From positions 6,212-70,211 of the forward strand of contig CALXFI010000002.1 in the NCBI GenBank assembly GCA_944387535.1: a stretch of 64,000 nucleotides of DNA, written 5' to 3'. Below, piece after piece: positions 18,565 to 29,767 of this stretch (its first letter is position 1; the number at the start of each line of letters is the position of its first letter). The notes beneath the pieces were generated by a model. The model saw only the letters and a list, made by a program, of their open reading frames with translations. It was not told where the DNA came from and ran no database searches. The position numbers and the translations under genes are program-made. The DNA is from an uncultured Clostridia bacterium. GTDB lineage: Bacteria; Bacillota; Clostridia; TANB77; CAG-508.

Positions 18565-18939
18565 ATGGATAAAGTTAAGGAACTATTTGAAGCAAGATAT
18601 TGTTCAAGAAAAGATTATTGGATATTTTTTGGAATTACTTTTATTTTAAATTTTATTTTTACATATATATTAGGCATATTAACTGATTTTTCATATTATG
18701 ATTATAAAGTAGATTTACTTTTAAGATGTTTGACTTTATTATACTTTGTTCCTAATTTGGTATTACAAATAAAAAGATTGCGTGACGCTAATATAAATCC
18801 ATATTGGCTACTTATATATTTTATAATGGGATTAGGCATTGAAATTTTTAATTATATTATATATATAATTTTATTTGTCCTATTAATTTTGCCTTCTCAA
18901 AGAGTTACAACGACAAACTTGTATAAGGAGGAAGAATAG
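18565..18939 (+). CDS. DUF805-like small membrane protein
   Basis: 3-4 TM segments and an IKRLRDANINPYW loop typical of DUF805, as I recall it. Confidence 0.55.
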   Translation: MDKVKELFEARYCSRKDYWIFFGITFILNFIFTYILGILTDFSYYDYKVDLLLRCLTLLYFVPNLVLQIKRLRDANINPYWLLIYFIMGLGIEIFNYIIYIILFVLLILPSQRVTTTNLYKEEE

Positions 18940-18940
18940 T

Positions 18941-19327
18941 ATGGATGAATTATCAACTATGTTTCCTGTTTTAATTCTAGATTTAATAATGACTGCTTTT
19001 TTATATATGTTACTTCCTGTTATATCTTATTTTACAGATAAAGAAGGCTTTACGAAGAAACAATTAATACAATTTGTTGTTTTAAATTCTTGTGTTGTTT
19101 GTGCTATATTTTGGTTTTTTTATATTTTTACTGGTACTGACCGTATACCAAATTTAAAAGCAAGTGTTTTTTACGCTTTTATTAATTATTATTTATTAAA
19201 AAAACATATAAAAGAGAAGCCCAAAGACAAAGAAATTAGAGAAAGAGAAATTAAAGAAAATGAAGAATTAGAAGATCTTATTAATTCACTTGAAAAAGAT
19301 AACAAAAGAGAAAACAAAGATGAATAA
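18941..19327 (+). CDS. membrane protein with a charged Lys/Glu-rich C-terminus
   Basis: Three hydrophobic segments. Translationally coupled to the upstream gene (stop and start adjacent). Confidence 0.5.
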   Translation: MDELSTMFPVLILDLIMTAFLYMLLPVISYFTDKEGFTKKQLIQFVVLNSCVVCAIFWFFYIFTGTDRIPNLKASVFYAFINYYLLKKHIKEKPKDKEIREREIKENEELEDLINSLEKDNKRENKDE

Positions 19328-19422
19328 TAGTAACAATATATATGAATTAAAAAAAGAAATAGATGACCAGAACTAATGTACTGGTCTTTGTATTTTATTT
19401 TTATTTTATTAGGTATCCTAAT

Positions 19423-20289
19423 TTATTCTTCAGCTTCCAAACTCTTTGTTATTTCTATAAAAAATTCTGAACTCCATAAATTTAATGAATCTGAATCTTT
19501 TATAAAAGTTATTACATCTTCTTTTGCATCAGTATAATTTATCTCTTCAAACTTTTTATTTAATAAATCTTTTAATATATCAATAGTAAAATCAGAATTT
19601 GGTGCTAATACTTTAGATTCAATTAATTTTGATTTTACTAGCTCTAAATTAACTTTTATACCTTTTGATAAATAGAAAACATAATCATATAAATCTCTGC
19701 CTTTAGTTCTATGACTCCAATTTCTACATAAAATTGCATGTATTTTTCCGGCAAATAAAGATGATTTATCATATAATCTAACTTGATGTGGTGATGGTAA
19801 TAATTTATATTTAAATTCATATTTTGCACCACTTGGTGGATTAATATCTATTTCAAATTTTATTTTTATATTTTTAAAAGAGCTACTATTTTCCATATTT
19901 TCATTTGGAAAAAATATAAATATATGTTCTTTTGTATCACCTTTTAAAAAGGCTGAAAGAATATTGGAATCTTTTGTTTTCTCTTTTGTTTTAATTTCAA
20001 GATTTAATCCATATACTGCTACTTCATCTTCTATGAAACGAAAATACTTACTTAAATCAAAATTTTTATTAGGTTCTAATAAAGCAAAATCTAAATCTTC
20101 TGAGAACCTATCTAATCCATAAAATATTCTTAATGCTGTTCCTCCATAAAAGGCAGCTTCTTTAAAAAATCCACCTCTACTTAAACCGCAAAGAACAATT
20201 TCTTGGATTATTTCTTTCATGGCATTAATTTCATCTGTAGTGCTTTTAATATCATATTTATCTAACATACTTTTTAATACACTATTCAT
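19423..20289 (-). CDS. abiEii: AbiEii/AbiGii nucleotidyltransferase toxin (type IV TA, DUF1814)
   Basis: FYGGTALRIFYGLDRFSEDLDF N-terminal signature. 288 aa. Confidence 0.85.
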   Translation of the reverse strand: MNSVLKSMLDKYDIKSTTDEINAMKEIIQEIVLCGLSRGGFFKEAAFYGGTALRIFYGLDRFSEDLDFALLEPNKNFDLSKYFRFIEDEVAVYGLNLEIKTKEKTKDSNILSAFLKGDTKEHIFIFFPNENMENSSSFKNIKIKFEIDINPPSGAKYEFKYKLLPSPHQVRLYDKSSLFAGKIHAILCRNWSHRTKGRDLYDYVFYLSKGIKVNLELVKSKLIESKVLAPNSDFTIDILKDLLNKKFEEINYTDAKEDVITFIKDSDSLNLWSSEFFIEITKSLEAEE

Positions 20290-20872
20290 TTTCTTTTCTC
20301 CTTACATATTTATATAATAAATCTAAATTTGTAGAATGATAAAACTTTGAAATTTTTTCAATATCATATAAATTCAATTTATTGAACTCATCAATATCAA
20401 TTCTTAAATCTTCAAATAGGACATTTTCTAATTCTTTCATATTCTTTATTGGAGACAATGTATATAATTTGTCACATAAAGCTTTTTCCGGTGTCGCAAT
20501 TTGATATGTATAATTATTTTCTTCAACAACTTTGACACCAAAAGGATAGACTTCTTTTGGAATATCTCTGTATAAAAAAGTTCCAAATTGATTACTATAT
20601 ATTTTTTTCTTCTTTTTGTTACAAGTCGCACTTGTAAATGTTGTTACTTTTTCAGGAATAAGTCCATAATATGCCAATGCAAAATCAAAAGATAAATAAG
20701 AAGGGCCATATATACTTCCTGCTAACAAATAACCATTAACTGATGAATCTGTTTCATATAGACCATTTTTTAATTTTATCAAATTTCCTTTTTTTACCTC
20801 TCTGGAAATTTTTGTATTTTTGTTTGAATAATCTTTTAGATTATCTTTTATCATATCATTTGTTAATATCAT
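20282..20872 (-). CDS. abiEi: AbiEi antitoxin / transcriptional regulator
   Basis: KKGNLIKLKNGLYE winged-helix signature. 8-nt overlap with abiEii. GAGGTG RBS 6 nt before ATG 20872; the ORF-track start at 20920 is upstream of the RBS. Confidence 0.8.
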   Translation of the reverse strand: MILTNDMIKDNLKDYSNKNTKISREVKKGNLIKLKNGLYETDSSVNGYLLAGSIYGPSYLSFDFALAYYGLIPEKVTTFTSATCNKKKKKIYSNQFGTFLYRDIPKEVYPFGVKVVEENNYTYQIATPEKALCDKLYTLSPIKNMKELENVLFEDLRIDIDEFNKLNLYDIEKISKFYHSTNLDLLYKYVRRKENE

Positions 20873-21014
20873 ATTTTCACCTCTTTTTATCATTATATGA
20901 TATTTTTTGGAGAAAATCAAGTATTTTTTGTTATAATATAAAAAAATTTATTTATTTAAATTTTATTTTAAAAAAGCACTGAAACTTTTATGTCTCAATG
21001 CTTTCTTTATATTT

Positions 21015-22385
21015 TTATTTAAATCTTCTTAAATAAGTATCCATTTTGTCAACGAATTCATCATTATTTCTAGTTTGGGTCATTTGGCTAATAACTTGTT
21101 CTGTTACATCAGCAACTGGCATGCTGTTCATAGCTTTTCTTAAAGCAAATACAGTATCTTTCTCTTTTGGAGTAAGAAGTAGATCTTCCCTTCTAGTTCC
21201 TGATTTATTAATATCAATAGCTGGAAAGATACGTTTTTCAGACAATTTTCTATCTAAGTGAACTTCCATATTACCTGTTCCTTTAAATTCCTCAAAAATA
21301 ATGTCATCCATTCTACTTCCTGTATCTATTAAGGCAGTTGCTAAAATTGTTAAACTTCCACCAAATTCAATATTTCTTGCAGCACCAAAGAATTTCTTAG
21401 GTTTGTGAAGAGCTGCAGGATCAATACCACCTGATAAAGTTCTTCCAGATGAAGGAATAACTAAGTTATAAGCTCTTGTTAATCTTGTTATACTATCTAG
21501 TAATATTACAACATCCCTACCTTGTTCTACTAATCTTTTAGCTCTTTCTATAACCATTTCTGCAACTTTTACATGATGTTCTGGCAATTCATCAAATGTT
21601 GAATCAATAACTTGTCCTTTTATAGAACGTTTCATATCTGTTACTTCCTCTGGTCTTTCATCTATTAGAAGAACAATTAGCTCTACTTCAGGATTATTTT
21701 GACTAATAGAATTAGCAATCTTTTTAAGTAATGTAGTTTTACCAACTTTAGGTGGCGCAACAATCATACCTCTTTGTCCTTTTCCTATTGGGCACATCAA
21801 ATCAATAATTCTAGTTGCAATTTCTTTAGGGCTTGTTTCTAATCTAAGCCTTTCATTTGGATAAATAGGTGTTAATTCATCAAATCTTTTTCTTTTCATT
21901 GCTTTTTCAGGATGTTCACCATTTACTTCACCAACAAATATTAAAGATGGGAATTTTTCACCCTCTCTGTATCTTGAAATTCCTTTTACTACATCCCCAG
22001 TATCTAATTTAAATCTTCTTATTTGAACCATTGATATATAAACATCTTTATCACTAGATAAGAAATTATCTCCTCTTAAGAAACCATATCCATCTGGTAA
22101 TATGTCTAATATTCCTTCAACTATTTCATCGCCTTCATTGGTCAATTTATAATCTACAATAGGATCACCATTTTCGTCATAATGTCTTTCTGTAACTTCT
22201 TTTTCTTCTAATTCATTTTCTTCTTTTTCTGTATCATTTGAAGACTCACTATTTTCATCAGGATCTCCTATAACTTGTTTTAAAACTGTTATCAATTCTT
22301 CTTTCTTCAATTTTGAAATATTTTTAATATTATGCTCCTTTGCAAGCGCTTTTAATTTTGTTAATGTCATTTCTTCCAACTCCAT
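21015..22385 (-). CDS. rho: transcription termination factor Rho
   Basis: Walker A ([10 protein letters not shown]), an RNA-binding cold-shock-like domain and an acidic N-terminal insertion. Confidence 0.95.
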   Translation of the reverse strand: MELEEMTLTKLKALAKEHNIKNISKLKKEELITVLKQVIGDPDENSESSNDTEKEENELEEKEVTERHYDENGDPIVDYKLTNEGDEIVEGILDILPDGYGFLRGDNFLSSDKDVYISMVQIRRFKLDTGDVVKGISRYREGEKFPSLIFVGEVNGEHPEKAMKRKRFDELTPIYPNERLRLETSPKEIATRIIDLMCPIGKGQRGMIVAPPKVGKTTLLKKIANSISQNNPEVELIVLLIDERPEEVTDMKRSIKGQVIDSTFDELPEHHVKVAEMVIERAKRLVEQGRDVVILLDSITRLTRAYNLVIPSSGRTLSGGIDPAALHKPKKFFGAARNIEFGGSLTILATALIDTGSRMDDIIFEEFKGTGNMEVHLDRKLSEKRIFPAIDINKSGTRREDLLLTPKEKDTVFALRKAMNSMPVADVTEQVISQMTQTRNNDEFVDKMDTYLRRFK

Positions 22386-22542
22386 AAATAACCTCCTATA
22401 ATTTTATAATATTTTTTATTGTTTATCTAATACATGGGAATTTCAAACGAATAAAATTATATCAATAACAATATATGTATTATTATAACATATTTTGGAA
22501 TTAATTGGAATAGTTTTTCGAAAAAAATTCAAGGAATGATAA

Positions 22543-22809
22543 CTACATTCCTTGATCTATATAAACCCTTTCATTTGGGCGATACATATCTAATTTTTCT
22601 CTTGCCATTTGTTCAATAAATTCTAAAGAATCAACATTTTCTTTTTCTTTAGCAAGTTCTTCCTTAGTTTGAGTTTCTTCTGCAATTTCTTGATTTAGCT
22701 CATCTGTTTGTTTGCTATACTGATTTAACGTTTTTTGTTGATTAATTATAGTAAATACTGCGTATGCAGCAATTAGCAATATTATAAGTTTTTTATAAAT
22801 TTTTTTCAT
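22543..22809 (-). CDS. divIC: septum formation initiator (DivIC/FtsB family)
   Basis: N-terminal TM plus coiled coil. The order yabP-yabQ-divIC matches Bacillus. Confidence 0.8.
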   Translation of the reverse strand: MKKIYKKLIILLIAAYAVFTIINQQKTLNQYSKQTDELNQEIAEETQTKEELAKEKENVDSLEFIEQMAREKLDMYRPNERVYIDQGM

Positions 22810-22899
22810 AAGTTAATCTCTCCAATTCTAATGTATTAATCCATCTGGACGCTATACTTATATATTTCTACATTTTTTAATCAAATCCTTCTAATATTT

Positions 22900-23385
22900 T
22901 TAATTTTTTACATTATTTTCGATTTTTTTATGTTTTTTAGTAATTTTAATAAAATTATTATATAAATTTGTAAAACTTTTTCTAATATTTATAAAAATAA
23001 AAGAAATAGGTTTGAAAAACATCTTTTTTATAAATTTAAAAGGAATTAGAATAATTTCAAATACCTTAATAAATATTTTCTTAAAAAATGTTATTATAGT
23101 TACATTTATTTTTATAAAAACAGAACTAAATATTAGCATATATAGTGTGATACCTACAGCTATTCCTAAAAACATAAATAAACGAATTTCTCCATTATTA
23201 AACACAAATATAAAGTATAAAATAGAAAAACCTGTTAAAATCCAAAATAGGAGGTCTTCAAAATAAGTTATAAAATCACTTGTTTTAAATGATTTTCTAA
23301 GTATCCTAAAAAAATCAAAAAGAATGCCAATAATTATGCCATTTGCTATAAAAATTAAAAATAAATATACTTGATTCATAATCAT
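22900..23385 (-). CDS. yabQ: spore cortex biosynthesis protein YabQ
   Basis: Polytopic protein with an FDFFRILRK motif, positioned after yabP. Confidence 0.75.
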   Translation of the reverse strand: MIMNQVYLFLIFIANGIIIGILFDFFRILRKSFKTSDFITYFEDLLFWILTGFSILYFIFVFNNGEIRLFMFLGIAVGITLYMLIFSSVFIKINVTIITFFKKIFIKVFEIILIPFKFIKKMFFKPISFIFINIRKSFTNLYNNFIKITKKHKKIENNVKN

Positions 23386-23411
23386 AGTAAAAATCTCCTT
23401 AAAGTAAAATT

Positions 23412-23714
23412 TTATTTAAAAATTTTACTAATTAAACTTCCTTTAGATTTTTCGACATTCTTATTATCACTATAATTCATAGAAGAAATATCACCTTCAA
23501 CAATTACTTCTGAAGTATCTATGCTTAATTTATTTATTCTTAAATTATCACCTTTTATTGTAAGAAGTCCTAGCTCTGTTTCAATGATTACTACTTGATC
23601 ATCAAAACTTAAAACATCCAGTACTCCAGAAACACTTAGCTTTCCCCTATTTTCTAAAATAAGATTTTGAATTACACTTGTATTTGTTGCAACTTTTCTT
23701 TCATCAATTGTCAT
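23412..23714 (-). CDS. yabP: sporulation protein YabP
   Basis: YabP/YqfC-like repeats (LSVSGVLDVLSFDDQVVIIETELGLLTIKGDNLRINKL). Confidence 0.85.
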   Translation of the reverse strand: MTIDERKVATNTSVIQNLILENRGKLSVSGVLDVLSFDDQVVIIETELGLLTIKGDNLRINKLSIDTSEVIVEGDISSMNYSDNKNVEKSKGSLISKIFK

Positions 23715-23786
23715 TATTTCGACCTCCTTATTTTAATTAACTACTAAATTATATATATTCAAAGTTTGTCTTCTTTAGAACTTATT

Positions 23787-24749
23787 TTAGAATATTAGCT
23801 CATGTAATTCATTTATTTTTTCGTCATCTATAATATTTTTAAATACAATTGAAATTTTTGTTTCTGAAATTTCAAAGTTTAATAATTCCAACTCTTTTTT
23901 CTTTATAAAATCAATTATTTTTTCTATTAAATCAAAATTTCTTATTATTCCATTTCCTATAACAGATACTCTTGATACCTCCTTTTTTATAATACTTTTT
24001 ATTGTATTTTCTTCTATTTTATCTGATATCACTGTACCCGGTTTATCATTAAAGGTTGATTTTGTTATAATTGGAATTTTAAATTTTTCTCCAATTTCAA
24101 CACACCTATTATGAAGAACCTTTGCTCCTTCGCTTGATAATTGCATCATTTCTTCATATGAAAGATTTTCTAGTTTTTTAGTATTTTCTACTTTATTAGG
24201 ATCTGCTGTATAGACTCCATCTACATCCGAAAAAATATAACAATTCTTAGCATGTAAAGCTGCTGCAATTGCTACTGCTGTCGTATCAGAACCTCCTCTA
24301 CCTAATGTTGTAATATCTAGATTTTCATCTATTCCTTGAAAACCAGTAACAATTACTATTTTCCCCTCATTCAATTCTTTTAAAATTCTAGATGTATCTA
24401 TTCTTATAATATTTGCATTTTGATTATTATTAGTTGTAAATATTCCTGCTTGCCATCCTGTTAAAGATATTGCAGGATATCCCATATAGTTTAATAAAAT
24501 ACTTAGTTTTGCAGTTGACATTTGCTCTCCGCAACTAAGCAAGGCATCTAATTCTCTATTTGGAATATTACTAGACAGCTCTTTTGCTTCTTTTATTAGT
24601 TTGTCTGTTGTTTTTCCTTGAGCAGAAAGGACAACAACAACTTTGTCTCCTTTATCATAGATTTTTGTAATTCTTTTTGCGACCAATTGTAATTTTTCGT
24701 TATTAGCAACAGAACTGCCACCAAATTTTAAAACCATTATTGTGTCCAT
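23787..24749 (-). CDS. aspartate kinase, short form (320 aa, single ACT-like tail)
   Basis: VLKFGGSSV, GRGGSDTTA and DVDGVYTADP motifs. Confidence 0.85.
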   Translation of the reverse strand: MDTIMVLKFGGSSVANNEKLQLVAKRITKIYDKGDKVVVVLSAQGKTTDKLIKEAKELSSNIPNRELDALLSCGEQMSTAKLSILLNYMGYPAISLTGWQAGIFTTNNNQNANIIRIDTSRILKELNEGKIVIVTGFQGIDENLDITTLGRGGSDTTAVAIAAALHAKNCYIFSDVDGVYTADPNKVENTKKLENLSYEEMMQLSSEGAKVLHNRCVEIGEKFKIPIITKSTFNDKPGTVISDKIEENTIKSIIKKEVSRVSVIGNGIIRNFDLIEKIIDFIKKKELELLNFEISETKISIVFKNIIDDEKINELHELIF

Positions 24750-24831
24750 ATTTTTGCTCCACCTCTTTTTTAAATAATAAAACCATTTTAAATTTAAATA
24801 TGGCCTTCGTTATATTATATGTAGGAGCAAA

Positions 24832-24859
24832 GAAAAAAGAGATAGAATACTCTACCTCT
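24832..24859 (-). terminator. intrinsic terminator after prfB
   Basis: On the minus strand, AGAGGTAG / CTATCTCT stem (one G-U pair) followed by TTTTTT. Confidence 0.55.
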
Positions 24860-24863
24860 AAAA

Positions 24864-25980
24864 TTAATTTTCTTTATTTTTAATATTGTATTTTAAATAA
24901 GCCTCTATAAAATCATCAATTTCTCCATCCATAACAGCATCTACATTTCCTACTTCATAATTTGTTCTATGATCTTTTACCATTGTATATGGGCAAAATA
25001 CATATGAACGTATTTGGCTTCCCCATGCTATATCTTTTTGTTCTCCTTGTAAATCTTCTATTTTTTCTTTATGTTCTTTTTCTTTTAAATCAAGTAATTT
25101 TGATTTTAACATACGCATTGCAGTTTCTCTATTTTGTATCTGAGAACGTTCAGATTGACAAGATACTACTATATTTGTTGGTATATGAGTAATCCTTACT
25201 GCTGATGAGGTTTTGTTTATATGCTGCCCTCCCGCGCCTGATGCTCTATATGTATCTACTCTTAAATCATCAGGATTTATATCAATTTCTATATCATCTG
25301 TTATTTCAGGAAGTACTTCCACTGATGCGAATGAAGTATGTCTTCTTCCTCCACTATCAAATGGTGAAATTCTAACTAATCTATGAATTCCTTTTTCTGA
25401 TTTTAAATACCCATAAGCATTTTCACCAATAACTTCAAATGTTACACTTTTTAGGCCTGCCTCTTCCCCATCTAGATAATCTAATTCTTTTACTTCATAA
25501 TTATTTTTATTAGCCCATCTTGTATACATTCTATAAAGCATTTGAGCCCAATCTTGTGACTCTGTTCCACCAGCTCCTGGATGTATTGTTAAAATTGCAT
25601 TATTTCCATCGTATTTTCCTGATAAAAGACTTGCAAGCTCTAGCTTTTCTGCCTTTTTTTCTACTTTTCTAGTATTTTTAATAATTTCTTTTGCGAGTTC
25701 CTCATCTGGTTCTAATTTAACTAATTCTGTCATTTCTTCTAGATTTTCTATTTCAGATTGTACTTCTTTAAAATCACTACATTTGGATTTCAATTTTTTT
25801 ATCCTAGCTAATACTTTAGAAGATTTTTTATTATCTTTCCAAAAATCCTCTTCTAGAGTTTGTTTTTCTAACTCATTTAACTCTTCTTTACTTTTTTCTA
25901 TGTCAAAGAGACTCACCTAAATCTTTTATTTTTTCCTTAATAGTTTCTAAAAGTTTAGAATTTTCTTCTAACTCTAACAT
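24864..25980 (-). CDS. prfB: peptide chain release factor 2 with programmed +1 frameshift
   Basis: ATG at 25980 gives MLELEENSKLLETIKEKIKDLGESL, then CTT TGA C (25908..25902). The +1 frame continues DIEKSKEEL... and contains the SPF (RISPFDSGGRR) and GGQ (SGAGGQHINK) motifs. Confidence 0.95.
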
Positions 25981-26093
25981 TTAATCACTCCTCTTTTATC
26001 AATTATATACAAATATTACCATATACATATCTCTTTGTCAATTAAAGAAACACCCCTACATCCAAAATATTGAATATAAAGTTGTTCTTAAGA

Positions 26094-26243
26094 TTAATTA
26101 TGGCATGCTGCTATTTCTGACATAACATATTGAGTGTTATCATTTACAATATCTAGAGAAGGGTTGCACCTTATGTAACTTGATGTTTCTTTAGTAGGAA
26201 GCTCATGTTTTACGAAAGTCCGAGAATCTTCTTTCTTTGCCAT
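26094..26243 (-). CDS. candidate 49-aa ORF (MAKKEDSRTFVKHELPTKETSSYIRCNPSLDIVNDNTQYVMSEIAACHN)
   Basis: Open frame in a locally G+C-richer patch between secA and prfB. Weak RBS. Contains an in-frame CGG. Confidence 0.25.
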   Translation of the reverse strand: MAKKEDSRTFVKHELPTKETSSYIRCNPSLDIVNDNTQYVMSEIAACHN

Positions 26244-26310
26244 AATTTTCTTTTCTCATATCTTATAAGATACAAAGTTTATCACTTTATTTGAATTATG
26301 TAAATTATTA

Positions 26311-26340
26311 AAAATAAGACTACTAAGTTAATAGTAGTCC
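26311..26340 (-). terminator. intrinsic terminator downstream of secA
   Basis: GACTACTA / TAGTAGTC stem with a 6-nt loop and a T-rich tail on the minus strand. Confidence 0.55.
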
Positions 26341-26360
26341 TATTGAATCGCTGACAAATC

Positions 26361-26375
26361 GTTGACATTGTCAAC
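26361..26375. promoter_or_regulatory. perfect 7-1-7 palindrome GTTGACA-T-TGTCAAC (operator-like)
   Basis: Read directly. Flanked by a third TGACA half-site at 26352-26356. Confidence 0.4.
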
Positions 26376-26482
26376 CGCTATATTTTATTAGATTATAAGC
26401 TATTTCAGAAATTATTATATATGCTTCTTATTTATTACTTATACATTAAATAATTTCCATATGTAGCCTCAATGTATTGATT

Positions 26483-29239
26483 TTAAGCATTTTTGCCATG
26501 GCAATTTTTATACTTCTTTCCGCTGCCACATGGGCAAGGGTCATTCCTTCCTACTTTTGGATGTTCATTTCTTACTGTTCTATCTACATCTGTTCCTATT
26601 TTTGCTCCTCCATCAACACTATGAATTGCCTCTAATGCTGCGCCTGTAATTCTTACAGTTTCTTGACGTTTAGCTTCTCCTCCAGCTCTTACATGCATTA
26701 AGATTTTTGTTACATCTACTTTAATGTCATTTACCATCTCATCAAACATATCAAATCCTTCAAGTCTGTATTGAACAACAGGATCTTTTTGACCATAAGC
26801 ACGAAGACCTATACCATTTTTTAGTTCATCCATGCTATCAATATGGTTCATCCATTTTTCATCAACTACTTTAAGCATTACAACTCTTTCAAGTTCTCTC
26901 ATTTGATCAGATGTTATTTCTTCTTCTTTGCTACTGTATACTTCTAATGCTCTTTTCTTTAATTCTTTAGATATTTCTTCTGTGCTTTCTTGATGTTCTT
27001 TTACAAAGTCTTGCATATCAAATCCAAATATGTTCATTATATCATTATTTAAAGATTCAACATTTACTTTATTTGACTCATGTTCTACATAAACTCCTGG
27101 CAAGTTATCTGCAACAAATTCTATCATACTTATAATACTGTCATGAATGTTTTCTCCATCTAGTACTTGTCTTCTTTGTTTGTAGATTATCTCTCTTTGT
27201 GCATTCATAACATCATCATATTTTAATACGTTTTTACGTATTGTAAAGTTCCTGCTTTCTACTTTCTTTTGAGCATTTTCTACTGCATTTGAAATCATTT
27301 TAGACTCTATTGGCATGTTTTCATCTGCACCCAAAGTATTATAAACTTTAGTAATTACATCTCCACCAAAGATTTTCATTAAGTCATCATCTAGTCCTAT
27401 ATAGAATCTTGATTCTCCTATGTCTCCTTGACGTCCAGCACGACCACGAAGCTGATTATCAATTCTTCTTGATTCGTGTCTTTCAGTACCAATTATTTTT
27501 AAGCCACCTGCTTCAATTACTTTTTGCTTTTCTTCTTTTATTTGCTCATCATATTTTTTAGTTAATTCTTTAAATTTCTTTCTTGCATTTAATATTTCTT
27601 CATCATCTGTCTCATAATAAGTGTTTGATTCTTCTATTAATTCTGGAGAAATTTTTTGTCTTCTCATTTCTTCTTTTGCTAAATACTCACTATTTCCACC
27701 AAGCATAATATCAGTACCACGTCCTGCCATGTTTGTTGCAATTGTAACTGCTCCAAATTTACCAGCCTGTGCTATGATTTCAGCTTCTTTTTCATGATAT
27801 TTAGCATTTAATACTTCATGTTTTATTCCTTCTTGTTTTAATAGTTTAGAAAGTTTTTCTGATTTTTCAATTGATACAGTACCAACTAAGACTGGTTGTC
27901 CTTTTTTATGGCTTTCTTTAATACTTTCTACTATTGCTTTATATTTTGCTGCTTCATTTTTATAAATAACATCATTTTCATCTTTACGTATCATTGGTTT
28001 ATTTGTAGGAATTTCAACAACATCTAAGTTATAAATTTCCTCAAATTCTGCAGCTTCTGTCATAGCAGTACCTGTCATACCAGATAATTTATCATACATT
28101 CTAAAGAAGTTTTGGAATGTAATTGTAGCAAGTGTTTTTGACTCATCTGCTATTTTTACATGCTCTTTTGCTTCAATTGCTTGATGTAAACCATTATTAT
28201 AACGTCTACCATACATAATACGTCCTGTGAATTCATCAACAATTAAAACTTCTCCATCTTTTACGATATAATCAATATCTTTTTTCATAACACCATGTGC
28301 ACGTAAAGCCTGGTTTACATGATGAACTAATGTAGAGTTCTCTAAATCATTAAAGTTCTCTAAACCAAATGCCTCTTCTGCTTTTTTAATACCTTTTTGT
28401 GTTAATGTTGCTGATTTTGCTTTTAAGTCTACAATATAATCATATTTTTCATTATCTTCAGCTTGATCAAGATCTTTTATATCTTCCTCAACAATTACTT
28501 TTGGTGTTAACTTTCTAACAAAGTTATCTGCTTTTTTATATAAATCAGATGATTCATTTGCTCTACCAGAAATAATAAGTGGTGTACGAGCCTCATCAAT
28601 TAAAATACTATCTATCTCATCGACGATTGCATAATGAAGTCCTCTTTGAACTAATTGGTCTTTGTAAATTACCATATTATCTCTTAAGTAATCAAAACCA
28701 AATTCATTATTAGTTCCATATGTTACATCTGCACTATAAGCTGCTTGTTTTTCTTTTGGTTCCATTCCTGCTATTACTAATCCAACAGATAGTCCTAAAA
28801 ATCTATATAATTTTCCCATCCATTCGCTATCTCTTTTTGCTAAGTAATCATTTACAGTAATTACATGAACTCCTTTTCCTTCTAGTGCATTTAAGTAAAC
28901 TGGTAATGTTGCAACTAATGTTTTTCCTTCACCAGTTTTCATTTCAGCAATTCTACCTTGATGTAATATAATACCACCTATTAATTGTACGTCGAAATGT
29001 CTCATTCCTAATACTCTTTTTGAAGCCTCTCTTACAACTGCAAATGCTTCTGGTAAGATATCATCTAATGTTTTACCATTTTTTAATTGTTCTTTAAAAT
29101 AATCTGTTTTTGCTCTTAATTCTGAATCACTTAATTTTGAAATTTCATCTTCTAATCCATTGATTTTGTCAATGATTGGCATTATTCTTTTTACTTCTTT
29201 TTCGCTGTAAGATTTAAAAATCTTTTTAAAAATACTCAT
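26483..29239 (-). CDS. secA: preprotein translocase ATPase SecA
   Basis: DEAD motor motifs ([13 protein letters not shown]) and a C-terminal zinc finger ([14 protein letters not shown]). The start MSIFKKIF at 29239 follows an AAGGAAGGA RBS. Confidence 0.95.
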   Translation of the reverse strand: MSIFKKIFKSYSEKEVKRIMPIIDKINGLEDEISKLSDSELRAKTDYFKEQLKNGKTLDDILPEAFAVVREASKRVLGMRHFDVQLIGGIILHQGRIAEMKTGEGKTLVATLPVYLNALEGKGVHVITVNDYLAKRDSEWMGKLYRFLGLSVGLVIAGMEPKEKQAAYSADVTYGTNNEFGFDYLRDNMVIYKDQLVQRGLHYAIVDEIDSILIDEARTPLIISGRANESSDLYKKADNFVRKLTPKVIVEEDIKDLDQAEDNEKYDYIVDLKAKSATLTQKGIKKAEEAFGLENFNDLENSTLVHHVNQALRAHGVMKKDIDYIVKDGEVLIVDEFTGRIMYGRRYNNGLHQAIEAKEHVKIADESKTLATITFQNFFRMYDKLSGMTGTAMTEAAEFEEIYNLDVVEIPTNKPMIRKDENDVIYKNEAAKYKAIVESIKESHKKGQPVLVGTVSIEKSEKLSKLLKQEGIKHEVLNAKYHEKEAEIIAQAGKFGAVTIATNMAGRGTDIMLGGNSEYLAKEEMRRQKISPELIEESNTYYETDDEEILNARKKFKELTKKYDEQIKEEKQKVIEAGGLKIIGTERHESRRIDNQLRGRAGRQGDIGESRFYIGLDDDLMKIFGGDVITKVYNTLGADENMPIESKMISNAVENAQKKVESRNFTIRKNVLKYDDVMNAQREIIYKQRRQVLDGENIHDSIISMIEFVADNLPGVYVEHESNKVNVESLNNDIMNIFGFDMQDFVKEHQESTEEISKELKKRALEVYSSKEEEITSDQMRELERVVMLKVVDEKWMNHIDSMDELKNGIGLRAYGQKDPVVQYRLEGFDMFDEMVNDIKVDVTKILMHVRAGGEAKRQETVRITGAALEAIHSVDGGAKIGTDVDRTVRNEHPKVGRNDPCPCGSGKKYKNCHGKNA

Positions 29240-29396
29240 TTTTGTTTTCAATCCTTCCTTAAAGTTATTTCTACACATTAATACTTGTATAATATATCAC
29301 TAATATTCATTTTTATCAAGGAAATTTAGATATTTTTTTAAATTTAAAAGAAACAGCCCCCTTTTTAGGAACTGTTTTTGTAGGCTCAATCTTGTA

Positions 29397-29753
29397 TTAC
29401 AAAATTGACAGGTCTTTCATCTTTTGGATAGCAAGTGCCATAGAGTTATTATGGCTAGCCATTACAAAGAACTCTTGAGTCCACTTGGCATCATAATATT
29501 GCTCATCATACCCGATAATACCATCTCCTTTTATAGATAATTTCTTATCTAAATGTAGAAGATAATTATTAATCAAGTCTAAAGGTTTATGTGCAACACA
29601 AGACCTAACAAGATATGTCTCATGTTTCGATAATTCCGAAAAATCCGCAACTTTATTTAAGAAGTAGGAACTTTTTGTAATATCATCATTAACCTTATGA
29701 GGAACAAATATGGTCCGATAGATAATTCTATCAAAAACTCCAAGTGTAGACAT
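29397..29753 (-). CDS. hypothetical protein (118 aa), G+C-richer
   Basis: Clean ORF, no known motif. Uses an in-frame CGG (29715-29717). Confidence 0.5.
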   Translation of the reverse strand: MSTLGVFDRIIYRTIFVPHKVNDDITKSSYFLNKVADFSELSKHETYLVRSCVAHKPLDLINNYLLHLDKKLSIKGDGIIGYDEQYYDAKWTQEFFVMASHNNSMALAIQKMKDLSIL

Positions 29754-29767
29754 TATTTCTTCGTCCT

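Noticed and set aside
24750-24863. Lysine (L-box) riboswitch upstream of the aspartokinase gene.
   Set aside because: The intergenic region is only about 114 nt and is largely taken up by the prfB terminator. That is too short for an L-box, and no conserved motifs were seen.
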